DNA of 64,000 nucleotides from Eledone cirrhosa (taxonomy: Eukaryota). Of the stretch, positions 41,101-54,442 are shown piece by piece. Under the pieces are notes generated by a model, which was given only the letters and a program-made list of their open reading frames with translations, did no database searches and was not told the origin of the DNA. Positions within the stretch are counted from its first letter, which is position 1. The number at the start of each line of letters is the position of its first letter. The translations under genes were made by a program, and so were the position numbers. Location: contig OZ024740.1 of the NCBI GenBank assembly GCA_964016885.1, forward strand, positions 225,866,001 to 225,930,000. The letters are read 5' to 3'.

Positions 41101-44100
41101 TACTGCCAATCTCTACCGATACTGCCAATCTCTACCTATACTGCCAATCTCTAAGGATACTGCCAATCTCTAACGATACTGCCAGTCTCTACCTATACTG
41201 CCAATCTCTAACGATACTGCCAATCTCTAACGATACTGCCAATCTCTACCTATACTGCCAATATCTAACGATACTGCCAATCTCTAACGATACTGCCAAT
41301 CTCTACCTATACTGCCAATCTCTACCTATACTGCCAATCTCTACCTATACTGCCAATCTCTACCTATACTGCCAATCTCTAAGGATACTGCCAATCACTA
41401 ACGATACTGCCAATCTCTAACGATACTGCCAATCTCGACCTATACTGCCAACCTCTAACGATACTGCCAATCTCTAACGATACTGCCAATCTCTAACGAT
41501 ACTGCCAATCTCTAACGATACTGCCAGTCTCAAAGATACTACCAGTCTCAAAGATACTACCAGTCTCTAACGATACTGCCAATCTCTAACGATACTGCCA
41601 GTCTCAAAGATACTACCAGTCTCTAAAGATACTACCAATCGCTAACGATACTGCCAGTCTCTAACGATACTGCCAGTCTCTAACGATACTGCCAATCTCT
41701 AACGATACTGCCAATCTCTAACGATACTGCCAATCTCTAACGATACTGCCAATCACTAACGATACTGCCAATCTCTAACGATACTGCCAATCTCTAACGA
41801 TACTACCAGTCTCTAACGATACTGCCAATCTCTAACGATACTGCCAATCTCTACCGATACTGCCAATCTCTAACGATACTGCCAGTCTCAAAGATACTGC
41901 CAGTCTCTACCGATACTGCCAATCTCTAAGGATACTGCCAATCTCTAACGATACTGCCAGTCTCTACCGATACTGCCAATCTCTAACGATACTGCCAGTC
42001 TCTAACGATACTGCCAATCTCTACCGATACAGCCAGTCTCTAACGATACTACCAATCTCTACCGATACTGCCAATCTCTACCGATACTGCCAATCTCTAA
42101 CGATACTGCCAGTCTCTAACGATACTGCCAGTCTCTAACGATACTGCCAATCTCTAACGATACTGCCAACCTCTAACGATACTGCCAATCTCTAACGATA
42201 CTGCCAATCTCTAACGATACTGCCAGTCTCTACCGATACTGCCAGTCTCTAACGATACTGCCAATCTCTACCGATACTGCCAGTCTATAACGATACTACC
42301 AATCTCTACCGATACTGCCAATCTCTACCGATACTGCCAATCTCTAACGATACTGCCAACCTCTAACGATACTGCCAATCTCTAACGATACTTCCAACCT
42401 CTAACGATACTGCCAATCTCTAACGATACTTCCAACCTCTAACGATACGGCCAATCTCTAACGATACTGCCAATCTCTAACGATACTGCCAATCTCTAAC
42501 GATACTGCCAATCTCTAACGATACTGCCAATTTCTACCTATACTGCCAATCTCTAACGATACTGCCAATCTCTAACGATACTACCAATCTCTAGCGATAC
42601 TGCCAATCTCTAACGATACTGCCAGTCTCTATCGATACTTCCAACCTCTAACGATACTGCCAATCTCTAACGATACTGCCAACCTCTAACGATACTGCCA
42701 ATCTCTAACGATACTGCCAATCTCTAACGATACTGCCAGTCTCTACCTGTACTGCCAATCTCTAACGATACTACCAGTCTCTACCGATACTGCCAATCTC
42801 TAACGATACTGCCAATCTCTAACGATACTACCAATCTCTAACGATACTGCCAATCTCTAACGATACAACCAATCTCTAACGATACAGCCAATCTCTAACG
42901 ATACTACCAATCTCTAACGATACTGCCAATCTCTAACGATACTACCAATCTCTAACGATACTGCCAATCTCTAACGATACTACCAGTCTCTACCTATACT
43001 GCCAATCTCTAACGATACTACCAATCACTAACGATACTGCCAGTCTCTAAGGATACTGCCAATCTCTACCTATACTGCCAATCTCTAACGATACTGCCAG
43101 TCTCTAAGGATACTGCCAGTCTCTACCTATACTGCCAATCTCTAACGATACTGCCAGTCTCTACCTATACTGCCACTCTCAAACGTTACAGCCAATCTCT
43201 AACGATACTGCCAATCTCTACCTATACTGCCAATCTCTACCTATACTGCCAATCACTACCTATACTGCCAATCTCTACCTATACTGCCAATCTCTAAGGA
43301 TACTGCCAATCTCTAACGATACTGCCAATCTCTAACGATACAGCCAATCTCTAACGATACTGCCAATCTCTACCTATACTGCCAATCTCTACCTATACTG
43401 CCAATCTCTACCTATACTGCCAATCTCTACCTATACTCCCAATCTCTAAGGATACTGCCAATCTCTAACGATACTGCCAATCTCTAACGATACTGCCAAT
43501 CTCTACCGATACTGCCAATCTCTACCTATACTGCCAATCTCTAAGGATACTGCCAATCTCTAACGATACTGCCAGTCTCTACCTATACTGCCAATCTCTA
43601 ACGATACTGCCAATCTCTAACGATACTGCCAATCTCTACCTATACTGCCAATATCTAACGATACTGCCAATCTCTAACGATACTGCCAATCTCTACCTAT
43701 ACTGCCAATCTCTACCTATACTGCCAATCTCTACCTATACTGCCAATCTCTACCTATACTGCCAATCTCTAAGGATACTGCCAATCACTAACGATACTGC
43801 CAATCTCTAACGATACTGCCAATCTCGACCTATACTGCCAACCTCTAACGATACTGCCAATCTCTAACGATACTGCCAATCTCTAACGATACTGCCAATC
43901 TCTAACGATACTGCCAGTCTCAAAGATACTACCAGTCTCAAAGATACTACCAGTCTCTAACGATACTGCCAATCTCTAACGATACTGCCAGTCTCAAAGA
44001 TACTACCAGTCTCTAAAGATACTACCAATCGCTAACGATACTGCCAGTCTCTAACGATACTGCCAGTCTCTAACGATACTGCCAATCTCTAACGATACTG

Positions 44101-47100
44101 CCAATCTCTAACGATACTGCCAATCTCTAACGATACTGCCAATCACTAACGATACTGCCAATCTCTAACGATACTGCCAATCTCTAACGATACTACCAGT
44201 CTCTAACGATACTGCCAATCTCTAACGATACTGCCAATCTCTACCGATACTGCCAATCTCTAACGATACTGCCAGTCTCAAAGATACTGCCAGTCTCTAC
44301 CGATACTGCCAATCTCTAAGGATACTGCCAATCTCTAACGATACTGCCAGTCTCTACCGATACTGCCAATCTCTAACGATACTGCCAGTCTCTAACGATA
44401 CTGCCAATCTCTACCGATACAGCCAGTCTCTAACGATACTACCAATCTCTACCGATACTGCCAATCTCTACCGATACTGCCAATCTCTAACGATACTGCC
44501 AGTCTCTAACGATACTGCCAGTCTCTAACGATACTGCCAATCTCTAACGATACTGCCAACCTCTAACGATACTGCCAATCTCTAACGATACTGCCAATCT
44601 CTAACGATACTGCCAGTCTCTACCGATACTGCCAGTCTCTAACGATACTGCCAATCTCTACCGATACTGCCAGTCTATAACGATACTACCAATCTCTACC
44701 GATACTGCCAATCTCTACCGATACTGCCAATCTCTAACGATACTGCCAACCTCTAACGATACTGCCAATCTCTAACGATACTTCCAACCTCTAACGATAC
44801 TGCCAATCTCTAACGATACTTCCAACCTCTAACGATACGGCCAATCTCTAACGATACTGCCAATCTCTAACGATACTGCCAATCTCTAACGATACTGCCA
44901 ATCTCTAACGATACTGCCAATTTCTACCTATACTGCCAATCTCTAACGATACTGCCAATCTCTAACGATACTACCAATCTCTAGCGATACTGCCAATCTC
45001 TAACGATACTGCCAATCTCTAACGATACTGCCAATCTCTAACGATACTGCCAATCTCTACCTATACTGCCAATCTCTAACGATACTGCCAATCTCTAACG
45101 ATACTGCCAATCTCTAACGATACTGCCAGTCTCTACCTATACTGCCAATCTCTAACGATACTGCCAATCTCTAACGATACTGCCAATCTCTAACGATACT
45201 GCCAATCTCTAACGATACTGCCAGTCTCTATCGATACTTCCAACCTCTAACGATACTGCCAATCTCTAACGATACTGCCAGTCTCTACCTGTACTGCCAA
45301 TCTCTAACGATACTGCCAGTCTCTATCGATACTTCCAACCTCTAACGATACTGCCAATCTCTAACGATACTGCCAGTCTCTATCGATACTTCCAACCTCT
45401 AACGATACTGCCAATCTCTAACGATACTGCCAACCTCTAACGATACTGCCAATCTCTAACGATACTGCCAATCTCTAACGATACTGCCAGTCTCTACCTG
45501 TACTGCCAATCTCTAACGATACTACCAGTCTCTACCGATACTGCCAATCTCTAACGATACTGCCAATCTCTAACGATACTACCAATCTCTAACGATACTG
45601 CCAATCTCTGACGATAATACCAATCTCTAACGATACTGCCAATCTCTAACGATACTACCGATCTCTAACGATACTGCCAATCTCTAACGATACTACCAAT
45701 CTCTAACGATACTACCAATCTCTAACGATACTACCAGTCTCTACCTATACTGCCAATCTCTAACGATACTACCAATCTCTAACGATACTGCCAACCTCTA
45801 ACGATACTGCCAATCTCTAACGATACTGCCAATCTCTAACGATACTGCCAGTCTCTACCTGTACTGCCAATCTCTAACGATACTACCAGTCTCTAACGAT
45901 ACTGCCAGTCTCTATCGATACTTCCAACCTCTAACGATACTGCCAATCTCTAACGATACTGCCAACCTCTAACGATACTGCCAATCTCTAACGATACTGC
46001 CAATCTCTAACGATACCGCCAGTCTCTAACGATACTGCCAATCTCTACCGATACTGCCAATCTCTAACGATACTTCCAACCTCTAACGATACTGCCAATC
46101 TCTAACGATACTACCAGTCTCTAACGATACTGCCAATCTCTAACGATACTGCCAGTCTCTAACGATACTGCCAATCTCTAACGATACTGCCAATCTCTAC
46201 CGATACTGCCAATCTCTATCGATACTGCCAATCTCTAACGATACTGCCAATCTCTACCAATACTGCCAATCTCTACCGATACTGCCAATCTCTAACGATA
46301 CTGCCAATCTCTACCGATACTGCCAATCTCTATCGATACTGCCAATCTCTAACGATACTGCCAATCTCTACCAATACTTCCAATCTCTAACGATACTGCC
46401 AATCTCTACCTATACTGCCAATCTCTAACGATACTGCCAATCTCTAACGATACTGCCAATCTCTACCAATACTGCCAATCTCTAACGATACTGCCAGTCT
46501 CTAACGATACTGCCAATCTCTAACGATACTGTCAATCTCTAACGATACTGCCAATCTCTACCTATACTGCCAATCTCTACCTATACTGCCAATCTCTACC
46601 TATACTGCCAATCTCTACCTATACTGCCAATCTCTAACGATACTGCCAATCTCTAACGATACTGCCAATCTCTAACGATACTGCCAATCTCTACCTATAC
46701 TGCCAATCTCTAACGATACTGCCAATCTCTAACGATACTGCCAATCTCTAACGATACTGCCAATCTCTACATATACTGCCAATCTCTACCTATACTGCCA
46801 ATCTCTACCTATACTGCCAATCTCTAATGATACTGCCAATCTCTAACGATACTGCCAATCTCTACCTATACTGCCAATCTCTACCTATACTGCCAATCTC
46901 TACCTATACTGCCAATCTCTAACGATACTGCCAATCTCTACCTATACTGCCAATCTCTAAGGATACTGCCAATCTCTAACGATACTGCCAATCTCTAACG
47001 ATACTGCCAATCTCTACCGATACTGCCAATCTCTACCTATACTGCCAATCTCTAACGATACTGCCAATCTCTACCTATACTGCCAATCTCTACCAATACT

Positions 47101-49196
47101 GCCAATCTCTAACGATACTGCCAATCTCTAACGATACTGCCAATATCTACCGATACTGCCAATCTCTAAGGATACTGCCAATCTCTAACGATACTGCCAA
47201 TCTCTACCTATACTGCCAATCTCTAACGATACTGCCAATCTCTAAGGATACTGCCAATCTCTAACGATACTGCCAGTCTCTAACGATACTGCCAATCTCT
47301 AACGATACTGCCAAACTCTACCTATACTGCCAATCTCTAACGATACTGCCAATCTCTAAGGATACTGCCAATCTCTAACGATACTGCCAATCTCTACCTA
47401 TACTGCCAATCTCTAACGATACTGCCAATCTCTAAGGATATTGCCAATCTCTAACGATACTGCCAATCTCTACCTATACTGCCAATATCTAACGATACTG
47501 CCAATCTCTACCTATACTGCCAATCTCTAACGGTACTGCCAATCTCTAAGGATACTGCCAATCTCTAACGATACTGCCAATCTCTACCAATACTGCCAAT
47601 CTCTAACGATACTGCCAATCTCTACCTATACTGCCAATCTCTAACGATACTGCCAATCTCTACCTATACTGCCAATCTCTAACGATACTGCCAATCTCTA
47701 AGGATACTGCCAATCTCTAAAGATACTGCCAATCTCTACCAATACTGCCAATCTCTAACGATACTGCCAGTCTCTACCTATACTGCCAATCTCTAACGAT
47801 ACTGCCAATCTCTAACGATACTGCCAATCTCTAACAATACTGCCAATCTCTAACGATACTGCCAATCTCTACCTATACTGCCAATCTCTAAGGATATTGC
47901 CAATCTCTAACGATACTGCCAATCTCTACCTATACTGCCAATCTCTACCTATACTGCCAATCTCTACCTATACTGCCAATCTCTAAGGATACTGCCAATC
48001 ACTAACGATACTGCCAATCTCTAACGATACTGCCAATCTCGACCTATACTGCCAACCTCTAACGATACTGCCAATCTCTAACGATACTGCCAATCTCTAA
48101 CGATACTGCCAATCTCTAACGATACTGCCAATCTCCTACGATACTGCCAATCTCTAACGATACTGCCAGTCTCAAAGATACTACCAGTCTCTAACGATAC
48201 TACCAATCTCTAACGATACTGCCAGTCTCTAACGATACTGCCAGTCTCTAACGATACTGCCAATCTCTAACGATACTGCCAATCTCTAACGATACTGCCA
48301 ATCTCTAACGATACTGCCAGTCTCTAACGATACTACCAATCTCTAACGATACTGCCAATCTCTACCTATACTGCCAATCTCTAAGGATACTGCCAATCTC
48401 TAACGATACTGCCAATCTCTACCTATACTGCCAATCTCTACCTATACTGCCAGTCTCTACCGATACTGCCAATCTCTAACGATACTGCCAATCTCTACCG
48501 ATACTGCCAATCTCTACCGATACTGCCAATCTCTAACGATACTGCCAATCTCTACCGATACTACGAATCTCTACCGATACTGCCAATCTCTAACGATACT
48601 GCCAGTCTCTAACGATACTGCCAGTCTCTAACGATACTGCCAATCTCTACCTATACTGCCAATCTCTAACGATACTGCCAATCTCTAACGATACTGCCAA
48701 TCTCTAAGGATACTGCCAATCTCTAACGATACTGCCAATCTCTAACGATACTGCCAATCCCTAACGATACTGCCAATCTCTACCTATACTGCCAGTCTCT
48801 ATCGATACTACCAATCTCTAACGATACTGCCAATCTCTAACGATACTGCCAGTCTCTAACGATACTGCCAATCTCTAACGATACTGCCAATCTCTAACGA
48901 TACTGCCAATCTCTAACGATACTGCCAATCTCTAACGATACTGCCAATCTCTAACGATACTGCCAATCTCTAACGATACTGCCAATCTCTAACGATACTG
49001 CCAGTCTCTAACGATACTGCCAATCTCTAACGATACTGCCAATCTCTAACGATACTGCCAATCTCTAACGATACTGCCAATCTCTAACGATACTGCCAGT
49101 CTCTAACGATACTGCCAATCTCTAACGATACTGCCAATCTCTAACGATACTGCCAATCTCTAACGATACTGCCAATCTCTAACGATACTACCAATC
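11134..49196. repeat. ~38-kb satellite array of a 19-bp monomer (~2,000 copies) derived from the SINE family A A-box region
   Basis: Consensus TACTGCCAATCTCTAACGA; common variants -CTACCTA-, -CTACCGA-, -CTAAGGA-, CCAGT, TACCA, plus an 18-bp GTCTCAAAGA variant. Single orientation, with no insertion seen. Confidence 0.99.
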
Positions 49197-49204
49197 CACC
49201 GCCC
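49190..49204 (-). mobile_element. 5' terminus of SINE family A capping the satellite
   Basis: ccaatccaccgccc (49191-49204) is identical to the 5' end of the intact copy at 54401-54414. Confidence 0.85.
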
Positions 49205-49221
49205 TAAAGGGGATAATAATA

Positions 49222-49295
49222 AAGATGATGATGATAATGATGCTGACAACTAGCATTGTGATGATTATGACGACGACAACGATGATGATGATGCT
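49222..49295. repeat. (GAT/GAC)n microsatellite
   Basis: gatgatgatgataatgat...gacgacgacaacgatgatgatgat. Confidence 0.85.
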
Positions 49296-49688
49296 ATCAA
49301 CAGAAGTTAGAGATACATACGTGGCAATTATTGATACTAGCTTTGTATTGGATTTCGCTTAAGAAAGTAAAGAATTTTATTGCTTGCAAAAGTTTCTCTC
49401 AGATAGGAACAATTTTAGGTTTTATGACCTTAAACATCGGTAATAGACCTTGCAGCAGTTTTTCGAGCATGTCAGACTTAATTTGAACTCAGTTTATTTC
49501 CCTAAATATAGATAAAAATTCTTTGTTTCTAACTCCAACTTCAATTTCGCTCTTTCTTTTTCTCGTTCTCTTTCTCTCTTTTCTGAATCACGTTATCACC
49601 TAAATTTCTACCTAGCTAGTATCTATCTAATACACATACATGCATACATATGTATGTAGGTATGTATATATGTATGTATATATATATC

Positions 49689-49880
49689 GGAGGTCTTAAA
49701 AGACATGAGAACACACAGCCAGTACAAAGCAATGGAAAGTCCCTGAAGAGCCTACAGTTGCCATGTATGTGCCAGAGGGTGCAAGTCTTTGGCTGGTTTA
49801 AAGAGCCACATTCGTGCCTCATATTTTTGAGCATTTTATCGGGCGATGGCAATGCTGGAATACAAGTTTTCAGCCATCAT
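49689..49880 (+). mobile_element. 5'-truncated LINE 3' end (RTE-like) with C2H2 zinc-finger remnant
   Basis: The frame from 49750 reads AYSCHVCARGCKSLAGLKSHIRAS (C-x2-C-x12-H); GGLKRH lies upstream in another frame. A short 3' UTR ends in ccatc plus a (TA)n/(TG)n tail. Confidence 0.6.
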
Positions 49881-49950
49881 ATATATGTGTATATGTGTAT
49901 GTGTGTGTATATATATATATATGTATGTGTGTGTATACATTACATACATG

Positions 49951-49984
<34 letters not shown>

Positions 49985-50284
49985 CGTGTGTGTGTATGTA
50001 TCTCTCTCTGTCTACTAGCATATTCATCTTCCTGTCAACCTTTCTATCATTTATCTACCTCTCAACATAACCAGGAAACTACCTTTCTAGTCACATAAGC
50101 ACTTCTCTCTCATCGTACTATCTATCCATTTATCTCTGTATGTATAAACTGTTATATTTATATATATTTAACACTTTATACATACATCACGCACACACGC
50201 ACATACATACACACTTACATAAAGGCATTCATACACACACACACAAATACAGACACACACACACACACACACATACACACACAT

Positions 50285-50315
<31 letters not shown>

Positions 50316-50316
50316 C
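49880..50316. repeat. compound (TA)/(TG)/(CA) microsatellites
   Basis: Visible dinucleotide runs; source of the V/C/Y- and H/T-rich ORFs. Confidence 0.85.
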
Positions 50317-51556
50317 AAACTACATTTAGAAAGTGAACAGTGAGGTAATCAATATATATCACAATGGCTTAATTCAGATAAACTAGCCTTAAACACTAGA
50401 ATAAAAAAAAATATATTTGGCCCAAGTACAAGAACTATTGATATCACAATACTCTCCATCGAAAGATAGAAAGAAAAGCAGACGATAATACGATAGATCC
50501 TTTCTTATGCGTAAAGATATACGACAAAATTAAATAGACTTAACATGTTAACCTAATCAACCTGAACATTTCAAAAACTATCTTTGATCTAAAAGAATGT
50601 AAAAGATTCTATCCTTTAAATGCATTCAAAATTTGTATTCTTCCCTTGTGTTGCCACATCTAAAATATCGTATGCCAGCGCTGAATATAACACAATCAAA
50701 ATAACGCCTGTAACAGACAATAATATTGGTGCATAAAACATACAATAGTCGCAATGTACTATTGTTTAATATTCAATGCATATCTATTTATATATGTATT
50801 TTAACGGAATAATGTTCCATCTCCAAACATGACATTTTTCTGACTTTCCAAACTATCTGTTTTACTTCTAGCATCTCATTTTCTTCCTAACATTTAGTAT
50901 CTTCCACTTCTCAGCTACGATAAATACAGTTTCCATGAAGTCAAATATATTGCAGATTTGCTTCCTTATGTCACAATCAAGTTGCCTCTCAATTATACAA
51001 TCTTCTTCGAAAACGATCTTATTGTCGCATCACCGCGACACGTTTCCCCATGTGGCTTGGTTATTATCTGTATACTAGACCACCCGTGACCCGTTGGATC
51101 ACGTTCACTAAAAAAAGATTTTAAATAATTAAAATATACGCAGACATGTATATATGAAAAATATGGGTGAGAAGAATACTGCTGGTTGCACATGGATAAC
51201 ATGTTATAAAATGAGTCCCTCATCAGTGATTTACCAAACGATCATGGGTATTTCATCGCATTAAAAATCATATACCTCACGTTGGAGCGATAATAACTAA
51301 AATAAGTTATTAGGACAATAGAAACGCGTAAAGCGAGTGAGACAAGTAAACAACACAGGGGGAAGCTAAGCGAAGATGAAAATAAACACAAGCAACATAG
51401 TTATTCTTTCAGCATAAGCTGTGTGAATATATGAGCGAGTCAGAAAAAGACCTTTCGCTAGTGATACACACACACTTAGAAACCCTTTCTATTTAGCAGG
51501 ATACAGTAATGCTGTATTCGTTTTTTGAAGTACTTGTTATAATTTGAACAACAACA

Positions 51557-51559
<3 letters not shown>

Positions 51560-51652
<93 letters not shown>

Positions 51653-51678
51653 ATCCTTCTATCTCTCTCTCTCTCTCT
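51560..51678. repeat. (CT)n microsatellite
   Basis: Long CT run. Confidence 0.97.
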
Positions 51679-52104
51679 GTTTATGAAGGTACGCGGAAAA
51701 CCCCGTACCTCGGGAACCCGTGCACCGATTTACGCGAAACTTGTTTTATTCCATCTGTATTCACATTTCAGGCTCAACTCCTTTCAAAGTATTTTCCCAT
51801 TATGCGCCCTTTTGGCTGTATTACATTAGAGACAAGCAACAAGCAAGTATTCAAAGAGTTTTAGTAGTATATAGATATATACCAAATTTTGTATCAGAAA
51901 TTTCTTGCCACATCACTTCGTTACTGCATCGATAGAGTTCCCTGCCCCACATTCTACAACACTTTGGCTCCTTTGTATCTGGTTATGTCTACTCCACAGG
52001 TTATCTGTATATTACTGACATCTTTCAGTTACTTCTATTAGGATATATTCTTACACAGATGATGTTAGATGTTAGACCTCTGTCAATTCCGACACCAAAC
52101 GTTC

Positions 52105-52370
52105 CAGTTGATTCGAACAGCCTGCTCGTGAAATTAAAATACAAGTAGCTGAATATTCCACAGACACGTGTACACTTGACGTAGTTCTCAAATAGCTTCA
52201 ATGTGACAATGCTGTTCCATTTGAATTACAGGTACAACTAATTTTTCCCAGCTGAGTAGATTGGAGCAACGTTAAATACAGTGTCTTGCTCAATAACACA
52301 ACGCGCCGACGGATATCGAACTCACAACCTTACACTCGAGAGATGAACACCCGAACCACTAAGCCAGACA
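52105..52370 (-). mobile_element. SINE family B
   Basis: cagctgagtagattggagcaacg...gtgtcttgctcaataacacaac...atcgaactcac (B box, reverse complement)...accactaagcca (A box, reverse complement); matches 10430-10572. Confidence 0.8.
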
Positions 52371-53330
52371 CATTTACATACATGATGTTACCATTCACTG
52401 TGCATCACCATTTCGTTCGCAAACATGATTTTACTGTTTAGTCAAGATAGAAAGGGCAGTACCCATGACATTTTCGCTCCCTATTGTACACCACATTGGT
52501 TCGTCCTGGGGCAAATTCAATGGTACATCATGTTCATTATGAGAAGAGCTTGCTGCCACTGAGCTCAGTTATTCTCAATTTCTGAGGAAAGGACCGCTGT
52601 GACCTTGCTCCAGATATGCAGGAAGAAAAGCTATGATCCGTTTACAGTACAACGGACCCAATTACAAAAGAAGAAAATCAATTAGAGACGTAGATAGAGG
52701 GGTTGCACAATCGATTACAAATGATGCATTTTGCTTCTACAAACTTGTTAGCTGAATATCAACTGTATCGAAGACCGACCCATATAACAACTCCTTTCCA
52801 CTCATTTTCATTATAATTGTCTCACCCAATAATTCCCACATAAAACACTTTGTTCCCAACCCTACGAAGAACAGTAGTCATTAAGAACTCACCCCCTATC
52901 TAATTATTTTTCACAAATATCGGCATAGAGATGTTTAAACCGAATATTGACCGTATTGATCAAACGGACTAACATTAACTGCTTAATTAAAAAGAAATCC
53001 TTTGAGGAAGTTGTAGTTATTTTTGTTGTTTAGTCCTATATCAACCTTTATTAAGCAGACACGACTATCACACCTTTCTCTCATTGTATCCGGGACAACT
53101 TTATCTAGTCTGTGTTATTTTGTTTGTAATTTGTGTTTTGTAAGATGGTAGTGTGTGGCTTCAGAGGAATGTAGCTGCCATATATAGCAAGGTCAAGTAA
53201 ACGTGAGGAACACTGGTCCTTACACTGACATCAGCGGACACTTAAGAGACCGCAAATGTGTATTTAAGGTCCATGAACTAATCTCAAAATGTCAAGTACT
53301 TTGTTAAAAACACAATATAGACACTAGTTG

Positions 53331-53492
53331 CAGACCTGCCAACCTCTAAAAACCCCAAACTTGGAAAAATAAAGCAAAATGGGGAGATTTTACATAATGA
53401 AAGCTATACCCATTTTCACAAGAGAAGACATCTCTCACCCACCCTAAAGTGAGTGGAATATACCCCCGTCAGAGGGAGAGTTGACAGGTCTG
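53331..53492 (+). mobile_element. MITE (~160 bp), hAT-like termini, copy 1
   Basis: TIRs CAGACCTGCCAAC...GTTGACAGGTCTG; an inverted homolog lies at 58763-58939. Confidence 0.8.
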
Positions 53493-53949
53493 TAGTTTGT
53501 ATCTACTTATTTTTTAAGTATAGACATTTCTTTCTTTCGATTGCTATTCGTGTTGTATACGAATCTGGGAAGGGAGTATTTAACAACGGAGATGTGGGCT
53601 CCCTGGAAAAAGTTCTTCAACATATAAGAGTCCCTGGATAGGGAAAAGTATGGAAACTGCTGACGCAGAAGCTCCCTCGTGTTTGTTAAGTATATTAATG
53701 CTTCATGCAGCAGATATCCCTTGATATATCTGTCTGTTATTCTTAGTGAATGTGAATGGTTTATTGTTATAGAATATAAACATAAGTGCTTAACTTCCCC
53801 CAAAACTCTTTTCTCGTTATATTGAATATGTCATGTAGAATGTGCACTATATGTAAGTAGACCACTCTTTAGACATTAAAAAATAATCTACTAAATTAAC
53901 TATACAAGCTATATTAAGTGATATAATAATAATTCCTTACAGAAACACA

Positions 53950-54122
53950 TGGCTAGAAACTTAAAAATGAGAAACAGTTGGTTATATTAACCAATATTTG
54001 ACTGGTACTTTAGTTTATCATCTCTCCGAGAATGAAAATGCAAAGTTGACGTTGGCAGGATTTTAACTTGGTATCTACAGAGCCAAAGCAAATACTGCAA
54101 GGCACTTTATCAGACTTTGTTA
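53950..54122 (-). mobile_element. SINE family A, diverged
   Basis: gactggtactttagtttatc...atgaaaatgcaaagttgacgttggcaggattttaact. Confidence 0.7.
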
Positions 54123-54229
54123 ACTGTAATAAAGGCACGTTGCTCATCAGAATCTCAGTTATATCTTCATAAACAAAAATGAATATGTTATGAAACCTAG
54201 CTACAATTAAATAGCTATTACCAAATAAT

Positions 54230-54414
54230 TGTTTCTACTTTAGGCACAAGGCCAGCAATCACCCAGTGCATTACTGGTACTTTATTTTATCAACCCCGTA
54301 AGGATGAAAGGCAAAGTCAACCTCGGCGGGATTTGAACTCAGATCGTAAAGGGACGTAACTATGCTGGAAAGCATGGCGTCCGACCCTCTCCCGATACTG
54401 CCAATCCACCGCCC
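54230..54414 (-). mobile_element. SINE family A, intact copy with 17-bp target-site duplication
   Basis: Reverse complement reads GGGCGGTGGATTGGCAGTATCGGGAGAG...GAGTTCAAATCC...GTAGAAACAATT. TSD agctattaccaaataat at 54213-54229 and 54417-54433. Confidence 0.93.
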
Positions 54415-54442
54415 CGAGCTATTACCAAATAATAATGAACAC

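Noticed and set aside
11134-49196. CRISPR-like array or encoded repeat protein
   Set aside because: Monomers abut with no unique spacers, no cas genes are present, the context is eukaryotic, and the 19-bp period puts stops in all frames.
11134-49196. Telomeric or centromeric identity
   Set aside because: No (TTAGGG)n, and the array is flanked by ordinary DNA on both sides. Centromere function cannot be read from sequence and would need CENP-A data.
49750-49822. Host C2H2 zinc-finger gene exon
   Set aside because: A single degenerate finger lacking the last His and a TGEKP linker, frameshifted from the upstream motif and followed by a retroposon-type tail; a LINE 3' end fits better.
54330-54414. 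Functional tRNA gene
   Set aside because: The A/B boxes run into a repeated SINE body and tail with a TSD, and I could not identify a full cloverleaf.
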